This document shows, in pieces, positions 48,583-60,831 of a DNA stretch of 64,000 bases (positions within the stretch are counted from its first letter, which is position 1; every line of letters begins with the position of its first letter). The position numbers were made by a program, and so were the translations under genes. A model generated the notes under the pieces. It did not search any database, was not told the DNA's origin, and saw only the letters and a list, made by a program, of their open reading frames with translations. Source of the DNA: Trichodelitschia bisporula (Eukaryota); the NCBI GenBank assembly GCA_010356995.1, contig ML996701.1:302963-366962 (forward strand). Direction: 5' to 3'.

Positions 48583-49716
48583 ATGACGAGCTCCCTTGAT
48601 CAATTGAAGTCCACTGGCACCGTACGTATGCCCGGTTATCGGATAAACATTTGCGAGCAGCTTTGAAGAGATTCACACTGACTCAAACAGGTCGTGGTAT
48701 GCGACAGCGGCGATTTCGCAACGATCAGCAAGTACAACCCGCAGGATGCTACCACAAACCCCTCACTCATCCTCGCTGCGTCAAAGAAGGAGGAGTATGC
48801 GAAGCTGATCGATGCCGCCATCGAGTACGGCAAGTCGCATGGCGAGACCGTCGAGCACAAAGTGGATGCCGCGCTGGACAACCTTCTGGTGCAGTTCGGC
48901 AGCGAGATCCTGAAGCTCATTCCTGGCAAGGTGTCGACAGAGGTTGACGCTCGCTTCTCCTTCGACACGGAGGCATCGGTGAAGAAGGCGCTGCGCATTA
49001 TCGATGTATGTTGTTCGATTTGTCCACTGTGCTGCGCTAACGGACAAAGCTCTACGCCGAGAGGGGTATTTCCAAGGACCGTATCCTGATCAAGATTGCC
49101 TCGACTTGGGAGGGCATCCAGGCGGCCCACATCCTGCAGTCCAAGCATGGCATCAACTGCAACCTCACCCTGATGTTCTCGCTCGTGCAGGCCATCGCTG
49201 GTGCCGAAGCTGGTGCCTTCCTCATCTCACCCTTCGTCGGCCGCATTCTGGACTGGTACAAGAAGTCGACTGGCAAGGAGTACTCATCCGAGGAGGACCC
49301 GGGTGTCGAGAGCGTGCAGACCATCTTCAACTACTATAAAAAGTACGGCTACAAGACGATCGTTATGGGCGCCTCGTTCCGCAATGTCGGTGAGATCACG
49401 GAACTCGCGGGTTGCGACTACCTCACCATTTCTGTAAGCCTGATGTCACCGCACTAATATCCCTGCTGACGATCATCAGCCCAACCTGCTCGAGGAGCTG
49501 TATAACTCTACGGCACCGGTGCCACAGAAGCTCGATTCAAAGGATGCGGCCTCTGTAAACCTTGAGCGCAAGAGCTACCTCAAGGACGAGCCCCTGTTCC
49601 GCTTTGACTTCAACGAGGACCAGATGGCAGTGGAGAAGCTGCGGGAAGGCATCTCCAAGTTTGCGGCCGATGCCGAAACCCTCAAGGATATCCTGCGGAA
49701 GAAGATTGAGGCTTGA
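48583..49716 (+). CDS. TAL1: Transaldolase
   Basis: [28 protein letters not shown] (catalytic Lys), [26 protein letters not shown]; 3 introns. Confidence 0.98.
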
Positions 49717-50192
49717 TTGTATTGTTTGATGGTGCAAAATGAGATATGAGCGGCTGCGATTTGACGTATTCAAGTATATAACTTGATAAAGAACGAGAGA
49801 CTCAAATAGGCCCTTTCGAACTCTGCTTGCCGTGACCATTCCTGTGTCTGAATTGCCAATATCTGATCCTATCCCACCTTCCTTAACCCCAGATTTTTAG
49901 AACTACTCCACCATAGAGCGACCAACGGCATTGCCGGAAGTCGGAAGGCGTCCGTCGGACCCCCGTCAGCAGCTGCTTATCGAGCAGAGTCTGGCTAGCC
50001 CCACAGCAACCTACCCCTGACAAATGACGATATCGGACCGGGCCCGAGAGTTTGCGCCTTCGTCATTAGTCATTACCCCGCCAGCTTCCCTCCCCGCTTC
50101 AAACCTCCACACCCCTCCAACTCACCACATCTCACCCGTCAAAAGCTCTAATTCCACCCACAACGAACTTACAACCTTGAAATATCGTGAAA

Positions 50193-51089
50193 ATGGTCAA
50201 AGCTGGTGGGTGTTCCCTTTCAAACTCTCCTAGTAGCGCTGGCTCAACTGCGGGGTGACCCGCAGCGAGCCGATCCCGGGTACCTCGGCGTTATGGAGCT
50301 TTGATGGGCCTGGCACAATCCTTATCTTGCTGACTTGTTTACTTATATAGTTGCCGTCCTCCGCGGTGTTTCCAATGTCAAGGGCACCGTGACCTTTGAG
50401 CAGGAGAGCGAAAGCTCGCCCACCACCGTGACTTGGGACATCTCCGGCCACGATCCCAATGCTCAGCGCGGCCTCCACATCCATGCCTTCGGTGACGCCA
50501 CCAACGGCTGCGCTTCTGCGGGTAAGCAGGGGCATATTTCCAGAGTTGGAGAGCTACTCGGACAAGGCTGATGCTTTCGAGGTCCCCACTTCAACCCTCA
50601 CGGCAAGGACCACGGCGCTCCGGATGACGAAGTGAGGCACGTTGGCGATCTGGTAAGCATCTGAGAGTTCCTGTAGCTCATTATGAGGTTTTGACAGAAT
50701 GATAGGGCAACATTCAAACCGATGCTCAGGGAGTTGCGAAGGGTTCGCGGACCGACAAGTTCATCAAGGTCATTGGGCCGAACAGCGTTATTGGCGTAAG
50801 TAGATCCCCATCCACAGGCGAGGGAAAGGTTGCCCCCCTTAACCATAACGGCGAAAGGGAGCAATCATCCTTTGGCCTTGCGTCGCTTGGCGAGGAAGCT
50901 TCGCTAACCCTGAAGAAGCGGAGCATCGTTACCCACTCCGGCACCGACGATCTCGGCAAGACCGACCATCCCGAGTCGAAGAAGACCGGTAACGCTGGTG
51001 GTAAGTCTCTGCGTCTAACCTCTTTAACCTTGGTTAACTCTTCGCAAGCTCGCCCGGCCTGTGGCGTTATCGGAGTGGCCAGCACTTAG
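50193..51089 (+). CDS. SOD1: Cu/Zn superoxide dismutase (6 exons)
   Basis: [56 protein letters not shown]; all metal ligands present after splicing. Confidence 0.97.
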
Positions 51090-51499
51090 ACGCCTTGGAC
51101 ATTGCCAATTGGAGACGAAGCGGTAGATAAAAATGAACACTTGACAATCCTTTGCCTTCCTATCTTTCTGCTCTCCACTGCAATCTGTGCACAAACTCCA
51201 TGAGCTATTGATAGCAGCCCTCTATGACACCATCCCCTTAAGATTTTGGGTTTGCGACGGAAGTTATGCTGGTCGTTGCTGTCCAGCCTTGCGAGTCACG
51301 TGACTACAGACAGATGTCGATTCTGCGGAGACAGTTAGCATGAAGTTAGCGGCTGGCTTCAATCACGCAATTCTGCGGGAAGTCTCATGATGCCAGGTTG
51401 TAGGCTCCCAGTGGGAGAGCGAGACAAGCAATGACGCATTACGAATACATAAACCTAGATCCACATGGTATCGCCCAAAGGAAACAATAACATAAGACT

Positions 51500-52433
51500 C
51501 TACATCCCCGCAATACACCGCCCCGGATGCCAAAACGTCAGCAGATAAACAGCAATGACGACGGGCGCGAACTCTAGACAGCCAAAGTAGACCTCATGCG
51601 AGCTCAGAGCCCCATAAATCCCCTCAGCAGTCTCAGCCAGACGGAAGACAGTCCGAAGATAGATCAAAAGCGTCGCCACAATGAAGGAGATCAAGAACCC
51701 CTTGCTGACCCGGCCAGGCACGCCTTTCTCGCCAATCTGCCGCCGCGCGCGAAGGAGGAACAGTGCCATGAGCACGAGGAAAACGAAGAAGGAGGCGACC
51801 TGAATGGCGAGACCGGCGAGCAAGATGTTGTTCGCCGACGTGGGGTCTTTTCGGTCGGTTTGCGCCTTGCCAATCAGTGCGGCGCCGGCCATTTGCAAGG
51901 CGGTACATAGGACATCGACGCCGATGAAGGTCATGAGGATGAGCCGCGGCGAGAAGTACGAGAATTGCCGGCCGAGCTTGGTGATCAGGGTCGAGAGGAC
52001 TGTGTAGAGGGCGGCGGAGAAGAAGACCGGAGCTACTACGATGAAGAAATATTGCACCACGAAGTAGATGACGTTATATGGGTTTTTGCCTGTGGCGTGA
52101 GCGGAACTCGCGCTGATTATGAAAGGCTTGTGGACTTACGGGAGCTGAGGAGCCGGAAGATGTACCCAACGACCTCCATCGCAAGCCCCGTCAAGACAAG
52201 CGCGCTGAAGGTCCGCGTTTTGTACTTCTTGAGCTGCCATGAATGGAGAATGGTGGATATGGCGAAGAGAATCACGCCCAGAAGGGCAACCACTAGGGAT
52301 GGGCGGTAGCTATCAGATCAGTCCTCGATCTCTACCGATGCCGAAGTTCGTACCCGTAGATGATCACAGGCGCATCGTTCTTGCCTCCAGGCGGAGGGAA
52401 GTTAGGATCCACATAGCCTCTTCGGCCAGACAT
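51500..52433 (-). CDS. RTA1-domain (lipid-translocating exporter family) multi-TM protein
   Basis: IYGYRPS, MEVVGYIFR, QYFFIVVAPVFFSAALY, DVLCTALQMAGA, IYLRTVFRLAE, HPGR; 2 introns. Confidence 0.92.
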
Positions 52434-53174
52434 GACGTCGCGAAAGGACGGCTTGATAACAACAATATGTCACGTGGAGATGCGACGATAGCAACAGGAA
52501 CAAGAGAAGAAAGAAGAAAAGCAGATTAAGATGGATCTTTAAGAAACGAACGACTACTCCACAAACAGGGAAAACAACACGGTGAAGGATCGATCAACAG
52601 AGGGAGTGGCGATGTCGCGGTCCGATGTCGACGAAGTTCGCGCGTTTAGTTGCTTGGCGTCCAATACCGCTATGCCGCATCCACGGAGTCTTTCAAGGGG
52701 GTCTGGTCGTCATTAGTCCATTTGTGCGAGATGGGCGAGCACGTTGTGGATGCATGGCCTTGGGTGTAGGCCGGGAGGATCAGGCTTCTAGGTGGCTTCG
52801 CGGTGGATTTCGTTTACTCGTGGTCCTGAGTGGTACCGCAGATGTCGATGGAGGCGACTGACATTGATCATGGTGTTTCACAGCGCCAAGTGCGGGACTT
52901 GGCTGTTGACAGGTCAACGTGTGCGCCCCCAAACCCACGATTCTACAACCTCATCTAATCCTGATCATCTCCGTCAAAGGATCAAGAAGCTGTTGCTTGT
53001 ACCAGGCAATCATTTCAATCTTCTACACACATCTTTACAGCCTATGACCGTGAACCCGGATTTGGAGACTCGGCAGTAGCGTCATTTTTGCCAACCTGGT
53101 CTTGCACTCCGTCGCCCTCGGGACACGTTGTCTAGACATATGGCTTCAATTCGGACACCTCAAGGAAATCGGCT

Positions 53175-53625
53175 ATGTCTGGCTTCCCCGCATATATCGC
53201 CACCAAACCCTTCAATTTGGCTGACGCACCTGAGACCCAACACCCGGAATTCGGCCTCCAGTCACGCACCGGGCGAAAGCGCGCTCGAGGGCTCGTTATC
53301 ATCAAGCTGGCGTCGGTAATTGCTCGCTATGGACTTATTGCCGAGTTCAGCTTCGCCTCCGCCTCGATACTACATGCTAGCTGGAGAAGCAAAGTCGTTG
53401 GCGAGGCGCAAGATACTGATCAAACCAGTAACACGATGTTCATCGTAAGCAGGGTTTGCTAAAATATACATCACCGGTCCTTCATACCTGGATGCTGTGT
53501 GCTAATCGGAAAAGGGCTGTATCTTTTCACATCGATATCCCATCTCTCAGCTACAAGGCAATGGTTTGCGCAGATCAACTAGGGCTGCCCTCGTAACTCT
53601 CCTGATTTTCCCGTCGAACCCATGA
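53175..53625 (+). CDS. Possible orphan two-exon gene (~126 aa) or spliced non-coding transcript
   Basis: ATG ORF with phase-0 intron-like segment 53445-53514 (GTAAGC..GCTAAT..AAG) continuing 36 codons to TGA; no recognisable motifs. Confidence 0.25.
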
Positions 53626-54705
53626 GTAGCGAGCAATATCCCACGTACCACTGCGTAGTACCTTAATTACCTTGCAACGACGCCGAGGTTGCAGGCCTCC
53701 CAAATCTGATCGCCCAGTGAGCTTCGCCAGCGAAATGCTTCCAGCTTCTTTGGTGCTGTCACAGCAGGCCCTGTCTAGGGCTCTCTTGTCAGAATACCCA
53801 ATACAACGGCGCCTCTGTGAATTTGCCGCGTCTAGTTTCCATTGTGGGGTTTGTTGACGATATTGGCTCTAGCCCCCCTTCATGATGATCCGCATCTACG
53901 TCCAACACCGGGGAAAGCGATAAAGGATCAGAGCCACCGTTGTCGCCAGCAGCTTCAGCCGCCCACCTCGATGGTTGCACGCCGTCTCTCCTCCGGCTTC
54001 CCCACGTTTTCCACGGTAGTGTTGTTCTGAACGCTCCTCCCCACGGACCACGTGCGCCCATTCGCTTTCGCATCGCGATTTCAGGTCCGTGGTTAAGCTT
54101 AATCGCTCTAGCCTCGCGCCCACGACTGGGCAACGCAACGGCGGCCACTGCAGCTGCTCAGATGCATCGGTAAATGAACGAGGATAACCCTACGGATCGG
54201 CCTGCCGCAGGGCACGTGAACCCAGGACCGAGAGTACGGAGATTGGATCTGAGAAGGCTCGGAGTTCGGCAGCCGAAGGCGCAAGCAGTACCCCATTCAA
54301 CGACCTGCCCGCGGACTGTGGGGCCTATATCTGGCAATATGCAATTACCGCACATCCGCATGGAAGACGCAAGGGGCGGGACAAAGCAATTGTGTTAAAG
54401 TTGAATGCACATGTCGTATCGGTGTTGGGTACTATCTATCCCTCTAGCATCACTCCAATTTACTCGAGCCGAACTTCTCGAGCTTAAACTTGAATTGGAT
54501 TTATGCTCACCTATCATGAGCGTGCTCGATAGATAAGAAGGCCATGATCCTGGAGGCCCAGACTTGGACAGGCTCGATAAACAAATATTGATAACCCCCT
54601 CGTCTCCCATCACCGTCTTTGAAAGCCTACCACTTGAGGTACCTTAAAGCGGCGTATACAAAGCCAGCTCTCAGTCCGTCCTTACCGTACCCACACGCCG
54701 CCATA

Positions 54706-55685
54706 ATGAAGTCGCTCCTTTTCGCCCTCCTTCCCCTCCTGGCCGCCGCCCTCCCGGACGCCTATCCCGCTCCTGCTCCCGAGCCGGAGCCCCAGATCCC
54801 GCAGCTCATTGGTCTCGCTTCGGGTGCTATCATTTTGGGCGCGCTCGGGAGTGCCTACGAAAACTCCCGGCCATGCAACACGTGCAACAATGCTAAGGTT
54901 CAATGCAGTGGCAACGCTGTGAGTTCTCATATGCGGCTATATCTGGCAGTCGCTGATTCTGTAGTGCGAGTGCGAAAACCAAGCTAGCATTGCCTGCTGG
55001 GTCTCCAAGCGCGGCGGTTGCAGCCTGAAGCTCAAGGTACACCACGTCATCCCTTCCTCTGCGCTTCCAACTGAACTTCATAGGGCTGCCCGGCTGTCAA
55101 TGGCGGCGGCGCCACCATCGTGAGCCAAAACTCGGACTACCCACCATGCGGGCAAGGCCTGCCCACGTGCGGCAGCGGCCGCGCCTGCCGAAAAGTCGAT
55201 CCCAGCTGCACGGACTGGACCGGTCGCGGCACCTGCGTTGGGTTGTGTATCCCGTCGTTCACCGGCGCCCAGCAGCCGGCCGCCGCCCCGGCCCAGACCA
55301 CCCAGCCGTGGTGGCAACAGTGGAGCCAGCCGAAGGCCAGTCAGCCGGCTCAAGCCGCACCGAAGATCGCGGAGTGCCCGAGGAGCTACCAGTGTCCGCA
55401 GGGGACGCTTTGTGTGCAAGACCCGGTTCGTGATTTGGTGTTGGGTCTAGAGGTTAAGGTGGCTAACTTGAGCAGAGAGATACCCTTGCGCCGATTCGTG
55501 GTGGCCCGGCCTTCTTGTGTGTGGATGGGAACAACGTCTGTGGTGGGTTCCGCAACGATCAATGTCAATCTGGGAGGCTCTGCGTGCCTGACCCGCGCAA
55601 CAAATGGTACGTGAAGCTCCCCTTCTGACAGCACTGAAGCTAATGAGCCAGTTCCGGGCCGGGATGTACTGGTGTCTGCGCTTAG
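54706..55685 (+). CDS. Secreted modular Cys-rich protein (5 exons, 24 Cys)
   Basis: Signal peptide MKSLLFALLPLLAAA; four canonical introns join in frame; repeated 6-Cys modules CGQGLPTC..C..DP.C..C..C and CGGF..C..C..DPR..C..C..C. Confidence 0.85.
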
Positions 55686-56282
55686 GGCGTTTTCGGGAGC
55701 GGCCGACGGGATCTTCCTCCATATATGGCCCTGGTAGTCTCCTCCGTATACAGATTAAGAGCTAGTACTCGCTTATCGAGGATTGGGGGCGCCTTTACCA
55801 CCCATCGGTAACTTCATGTGGATAATGCTATCCGGCCATGTGGTTTTGAGTTACCCGGGGCACCCATATTTCGAGGCTTCCTTGATCGCGTCACTCACTC
55901 GCGCCCGCCGGGTAGCAATCGTACGTGCGTAAGAAATGCTGGATGCGCTGCTCCCATAGCGGTCGGTGCTATCATTTCTCAGCTAAGCCGGCATACGGCA
56001 CGTATCTCCCGCACTCGAACCACTTTCCAACCTTCGCCACGGGTCCCGAACCGACACTGTTCCCTGGTCATTCCTTGGAGGTGAGATGACGCGGGGAGAG
56101 CTAGGCAAGATGAGTCCCGACGCAACGGTCAGATCGATCAACCAGCATGTGAAGTGATATCATATGATCGGACTCTAGAGAGGTGCAGGAGAGACCTTCC
56201 GGAACGTGGCTTCAGAACAACCTAGCCTGCCATGGATGCACACACAGAACACCAGAGACACCCATGCAGCCGTTAACATAAT

Positions 56283-57202
56283 TCATTTCTTTTTTGGGGG
56301 AATAGACTCGTAAACCTCTCTCAGCTTGTCATCCAGCGTCTGCACCTCCTTCATTTTCTCCAGTAAGTCGCTCAGCTCCTTGCTCCGCTGCAGCACCGTA
56401 AGCGTCTGCTCGTCGCACTGCTTCCCGGCCCGCGTCAACACATCAATGAGCTTCTCCTCCGTCTCCTTGCTGTAGATGCTACCAGGCAGCGCCGTGTCCG
56501 GGAGCTCGACTGTCCGCTCCTCGCCGGACGGCACCACCTTGCTCTTGCCCTTTCCCTTGCCCTTTCCGCGTCCCGCCCCCGCCCGCTCCTTATCCAGGTA
56601 CTCCCATTGCGCCTCCGACGTCAGCGCATCCCACAACAACTCCGTCGGCTCATTGAACTCGATATACTCCACAACCTCGCTCCGCACGAGGCCAGTGCGT
56701 GCTTGCTCCGCCATCAGCGCCTCATCGCCATAAGGGTCGAGCTGGAGGAAATGCTGGCGCTGCTGCCACTTCTCGCTCGTGTACGACTGGAAGTAGAGCT
56801 TGATGCCGATGTAGAAGCCGCCGTAGCCCGTCTCCTCGAGCTCAAAACTAGATGTGGGAGTCGGGTTCTCGATCGTGCGAACGGGGTTCGGGAACGTCTC
56901 GTGCAGAACGAAGACGACTTTCTTCAGCCACGCCGTCAGCGCGGGGCCGCCGGGCACCGGGCGCACGTAGACGCGCCACCCGGTTGTGTCGCCGGGTTTG
57001 ATCTTGGGAGGGCGATTGGAGTCGTTGAGTTTCCAGGCTTCGGTTCCGATGACTGTGGGTGTTAGAGCGCGGGGAGGGCGGGAGACGGTGGGGACGAACC
57101 GAAGGGACGCGTTATTCGTTTGCCCTGTGGGTGTCAGCTATGGAGGTAACAGAACGAAATATGATTTACCTTGACGCGCTTGTTTGTTGCAGGCGTCGGC
57201 AT
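56283..57202 (-). CDS. YAF9: YEATS-domain protein Yaf9-like (NuA4/SWR1)
   Basis: KRVKGKRITRPFVIG, WRVYVR, WLKKVVFVLHETFPNPVRTIE, FELEETGYGGF, YIEFNEPTE; 2 introns. Confidence 0.88.
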
Positions 57203-57410
57203 TTTGATGGAGGTGATGGAGTGGGAGATGGGGTGGTGATGGTCGACGCGAGGGTCGCGCTGTCTCGATCGACATGTGCCACTGACTGTTCAGCCCTATC
57301 GAGTGGCCAAGGGGGCCCAAGCTTGCTTCCCGCTTTTTGTGGGACATGCATGACGACAAGAGGGAAGAGGTGATCGCAACCGCCATGAAGCTTCATTACC
57401 ACACTCCACA

Positions 57411-58418
57411 ATGGCAAACCCTGTGAAGCGGAAGCTGGTCGTCTGCGGAGGCAATGGATTTTTGGGTAGGATGCGCCCGTTCATGGTGTCTGCATGGGGC
57501 TCACAGTCTCAGGAAGCCGTATCTGCAAAGCTGCAGTTGGGCGCGGATGGGACGTCGTCTCTATCAGGTATGCCGTTTCGCTCTTCCGATACCACTCATT
57601 AATTGTTACAGCCGCTCCGGTGAGCCGAACTGGTCTTCCGTAACCTCGTCACCTAATGCGCCGACCTGGTCGCGCTCCGTCTCCTGGGAAAAAGCCAACA
57701 TCCTGCACCCCTCCTCCTACGCCTATCTGCTCGACGGTGCCGACGCAGTCGTACACTCAATGGGCATCCTGCTAGAGGCGGACTACAAGGGCGTCCTGCA
57801 AGGCAAGGAATCCATTGTCAGTGGGCTGCAGCGGGCCTTTAGCTCGAGCAAGCAAGGCAGCCAGAACCCGCTCGAGCAGCGCGAGGGCTCGGATGCGGAG
57901 CCGCAGGAACGGGATGGGCAGGTCACCTACGAGCTCATGAATCGCGACTCTGGTATGTCTCCCACCATCTGCCATCTTTATCTAACCGTCCAGCGATCCT
58001 GCTCGCCCGCGAGGCGCACGCCCACCAAGTCCCCGCTTTCGTGTTCATCTCCGCTGCGGCCGGCGCACCCGTTCTTCCGGCGCGCTATATCGAAACGAAG
58101 CGCGCGGCCGAATCGACTATCGCATCTGCATTCCCGTCGATGCGGAATATCTTTGTTCGCCCGGCGTTTTTGTACGACGAGTCGCGCCCCATCACCATGC
58201 CTCTGGCGGCTGCGACTGGCGTTGGGGCTCTTGCGAACAGCTTGACGGGTGGTCGGCTCACGTGGCTGATGGGCGCGGGCGGGATCAAGCCACTCAAGGC
58301 AAACACCGTGGCTGATGCCGTGGTTGAAGCGGTTGATGAAGAATCCGTCAAAGGGACGCTGGAGGTTCCAAGGATCGAAGAGCTGGCGACGAGCGCGTGG
58401 AGGAAGAATATGTTGTAA
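57411..58418 (+). CDS. NAD-dependent epimerase/dehydratase-family atypical SDR, Coq11-like
   Basis: VVCGGNGFLGSRICKAA, SISRSG, VVHSMGILLE, FISAA, RYIETKRAAE; 3 introns. Confidence 0.88.
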
Positions 58419-58731
58419 GCGGCCGGCCGTTGTGTGTAAGAGTAGTGGTTATGATCCATCCTCCCGGCTGTGCTGTATCGTCTAGGCAACATTCAACTCA
58501 ATACAAAGGCTCGGTTCGCATCTTCAATGATAAGAACCGAGCTCAATTAAGATATGGTCGTATCCCATGATGAAAGATTGAACATGCACACGCTCGCGAT
58601 GCCAGCCCTTGGATATCCGTATCCAACACTAGACCCGAATACAATCCTCAACGCCGTGCCATGCGCATAACCCCCTGAAAACGCTCCTCCAGTCAAAAGC
58701 TTTCCAAATCGTTGATTCTGTGCATCCTCCT

Positions 58732-60465
58732 TCAGCATCCCACAACATCCTCCTCCCCGAGCCATTCCTCTTCCAGCGCAATCGCCACCAAATCCCGCAC
58801 ACACGCCAACCCCTCCCTCGGCATGGAGCTCACATCCAGCATCGCCTCCATCTGCCTCAACGCCGCCTCCAGCGCCACCATCTTCTGCCTCGCCATCACT
58901 ACATCCTCCTTCTCCCCCAGGACCCCCACCTTCGCCATCTTCGCCTCCTCATCCTCCTGCGACCAAGCAGGAAAATTAGCCAGCAACTGTCTTAGCACAA
59001 AGTGCAACCAAACCAAATTCGTCTGCGGATGAAAACCCAGCCACTTCCTGCCCGTCCCCTCCGCCTTCTTCGCATCAAACCGCGCAAGCGGATCGCTGAA
59101 GTACATCGCCGAGCGCATGTACCTGTAGATATCGTACTGATACTCAACATCCCCATCCCCTTCGAAAATCGCCTCCTCAGTCTCAAGATCAAAGTACGCG
59201 ACCTCAGCACTCTCCTCCCCGTCGCCACTCGCCCCAGGCGGGAGCGGCATCTCCGCGCGGCTCAGCGTGTAGTCAATGACCGTGACCTCGAGCCCCGTGA
59301 ATCCCAACCTCCCCCCTACACCTTTCACCACCGGCCTCTCCAATGTCCCCCCGCGCGCACTCTTCACGCAAATATTCCCGAGATGCAAATCGCGATGCTC
59401 AAACCTTGCCTCCCCCTCCCCCTTCGCAACCGCCAGCGCAACCTGCCAGAACACATCCCACACGGCCCACACGCTCCACCACCCGCGCTCGGTTAGGGAC
59501 TCGACGTCGACCCCGGCGTCTTGCATCTCGATCACCGCCCACACCTGCGCTTCGTCGTACACGCCCTTGCGTCCCGGGTCTGCGAAACCGCTCTTGTCCG
59601 CTGCGGGGCGGGCTTTATTCCAGCTCCGCCACGCCTCGACGAATGCTCCCCCGGGTGGACCGCGGAGTACGTGCAGCGCCCTGAAATCGCTGAACCCGGG
59701 GATCGGTGCGAGGCGCTGCAGGAGGCGCGTCTCCGTCGCCACCGCCGCGGGTGTGCTCATCGCGGCTTCGCGCGCGAGTCGGGCGGGCGATTTTCGTTTC
59801 CCCTTGATGGTGGGATCGGGTCGGAGGGCGAGGAGTTTGAGTACGCTACATTCGCCGCCGTTGTGGGGTGTGAGGCGGTAGACTTCGCTGTAGGACCCTT
59901 CGGCGATTTTGGCGATCGAGAAGTGCGTGGCTAGGGTTGTGGTCCAGGTGTCGAAGGCGGTGGGGGAGGGGAGCGCGGCGAGGGTGAGGAGGGGGGCGAG
60001 GTAGGGGTCTAACGGTGGGGCGGTGAGGGGTTTGGGGGTGGGTGCGGTGCGTGGGCGGCGGGGGAGGACGGTTATGCTTTCGAGGAGGGTTTCGTCGGCG
60101 GGTTGGGGTTCGGGTTTATGCGTGGGTGCAGTACTATCGAGGAGCGGCTCGTCTGCGGCCTTCGTTTTGGCTTTTCGCGCGGGCGCGGACTTCTTCCGCA
60201 CCGGTGCGCTGGGTGGTGGGACGTTCGTGTTCTTGGTGGTGAGTGCGGGGCGGGGCTTCGGGGGCGACTTTTGTGTCTGGTTTTCTTCGTCATTCTTGTG
60301 GTCGCCGGAGAGGGCTAAGTGTTCCAGTTCCTTTGTCGCGGCGTCGACTGCATCGTTTACTGCAGAGGGTGGAGGTTTGAGCGGGCTCGAGCGCGAGAAG
60401 ACGTCGGACATGGCGAAAGAAGGAACCGCGGCGCGGCGCTTGCCGTAGACGTGTTTTCGCACCAT
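58732..60465 (-). CDS. Haspin-family Ser/Thr protein kinase
   Basis: KIAEGSYSEVY, FEHRDLHLGN, haspin-specific IDYTLSR, YQYDIYRYMR, TNLVWLH; single exon. Confidence 0.93.
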   Translation of the reverse strand: MVRKHVYGKRRAAVPSFAMSDVFSRSSPLKPPPSAVNDAVDAATKELEHLALSGDHKNDEENQTQKSPPKPRPALTTKNTNVPPPSAPVRKKSAPARKAKTKAADEPLLDSTAPTHKPEPQPADETLLESITVLPRRPRTAPTPKPLTAPPLDPYLAPLLTLAALPSPTAFDTWTTTLATHFSIAKIAEGSYSEVYRLTPHNGGECSVLKLLALRPDPTIKGKRKSPARLAREAAMSTPAAVATETRLLQRLAPIPGFSDFRALHVLRGPPGGAFVEAWRSWNKARPAADKSGFADPGRKGVYDEAQVWAVIEMQDAGVDVESLTERGWWSVWAVWDVFWQVALAVAKGEGEARFEHRDLHLGNICVKSARGGTLERPVVKGVGGRLGFTGLEVTVIDYTLSRAEMPLPPGASGDGEESAEVAYFDLETEEAIFEGDGDVEYQYDIYRYMRSAMYFSDPLARFDAKKAEGTGRKWLGFHPQTNLVWLHFVLRQLLANFPAWSQEDEEAKMAKVGVLGEKEDVVMARQKMVALEAALRQMEAMLDVSSMPREGLACVRDLVAIALEEEWLGEEDVVGC

Positions 60466-60831
60466 TGTAGCTTGTGCTGGTGGGCGTGAGTGAGTGTGGT
60501 ACCTGGTGATGTCTGGTGTAAGTGTTTGACGTTGGTGTTGAGTTTGGAGAGGTGGGTTGCCAGGACGACGGGGTGAGAGGGGGGCGCTGATTGGCTACTG
60601 GCGAGGCTGAGGTGGGAGGCAGTCACGACGCGGACAACACGGCGAGGGGCATTTCAATTCGGACAGAACGGTGAATACCGATTCAGCTATCTATCTACAT
60701 ACTCGCTCACTCGAATCATTACTGTGTACACCCATAACCGCCATGCCGTGTCGAGTCGTTACATCTCGAGTCACCCGTTCAATCTCAAACCCAACCCATT
60801 CGCCATCCCCGCATGCAATACCTCAAAAACA

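Noticed and set aside
49714..51210. Cryptic peroxisomal isoforms of TAL1 or SOD1 by stop-codon read-through
   Set aside because: Stops lack the TGA-CTA context and the read-through extensions do not end in a PTS1 tripeptide
51294..51305. 12-bp palindrome AGTCACGTGACT (E-box)
   Set aside because: Single site between two convergent 3' ends with no supporting context
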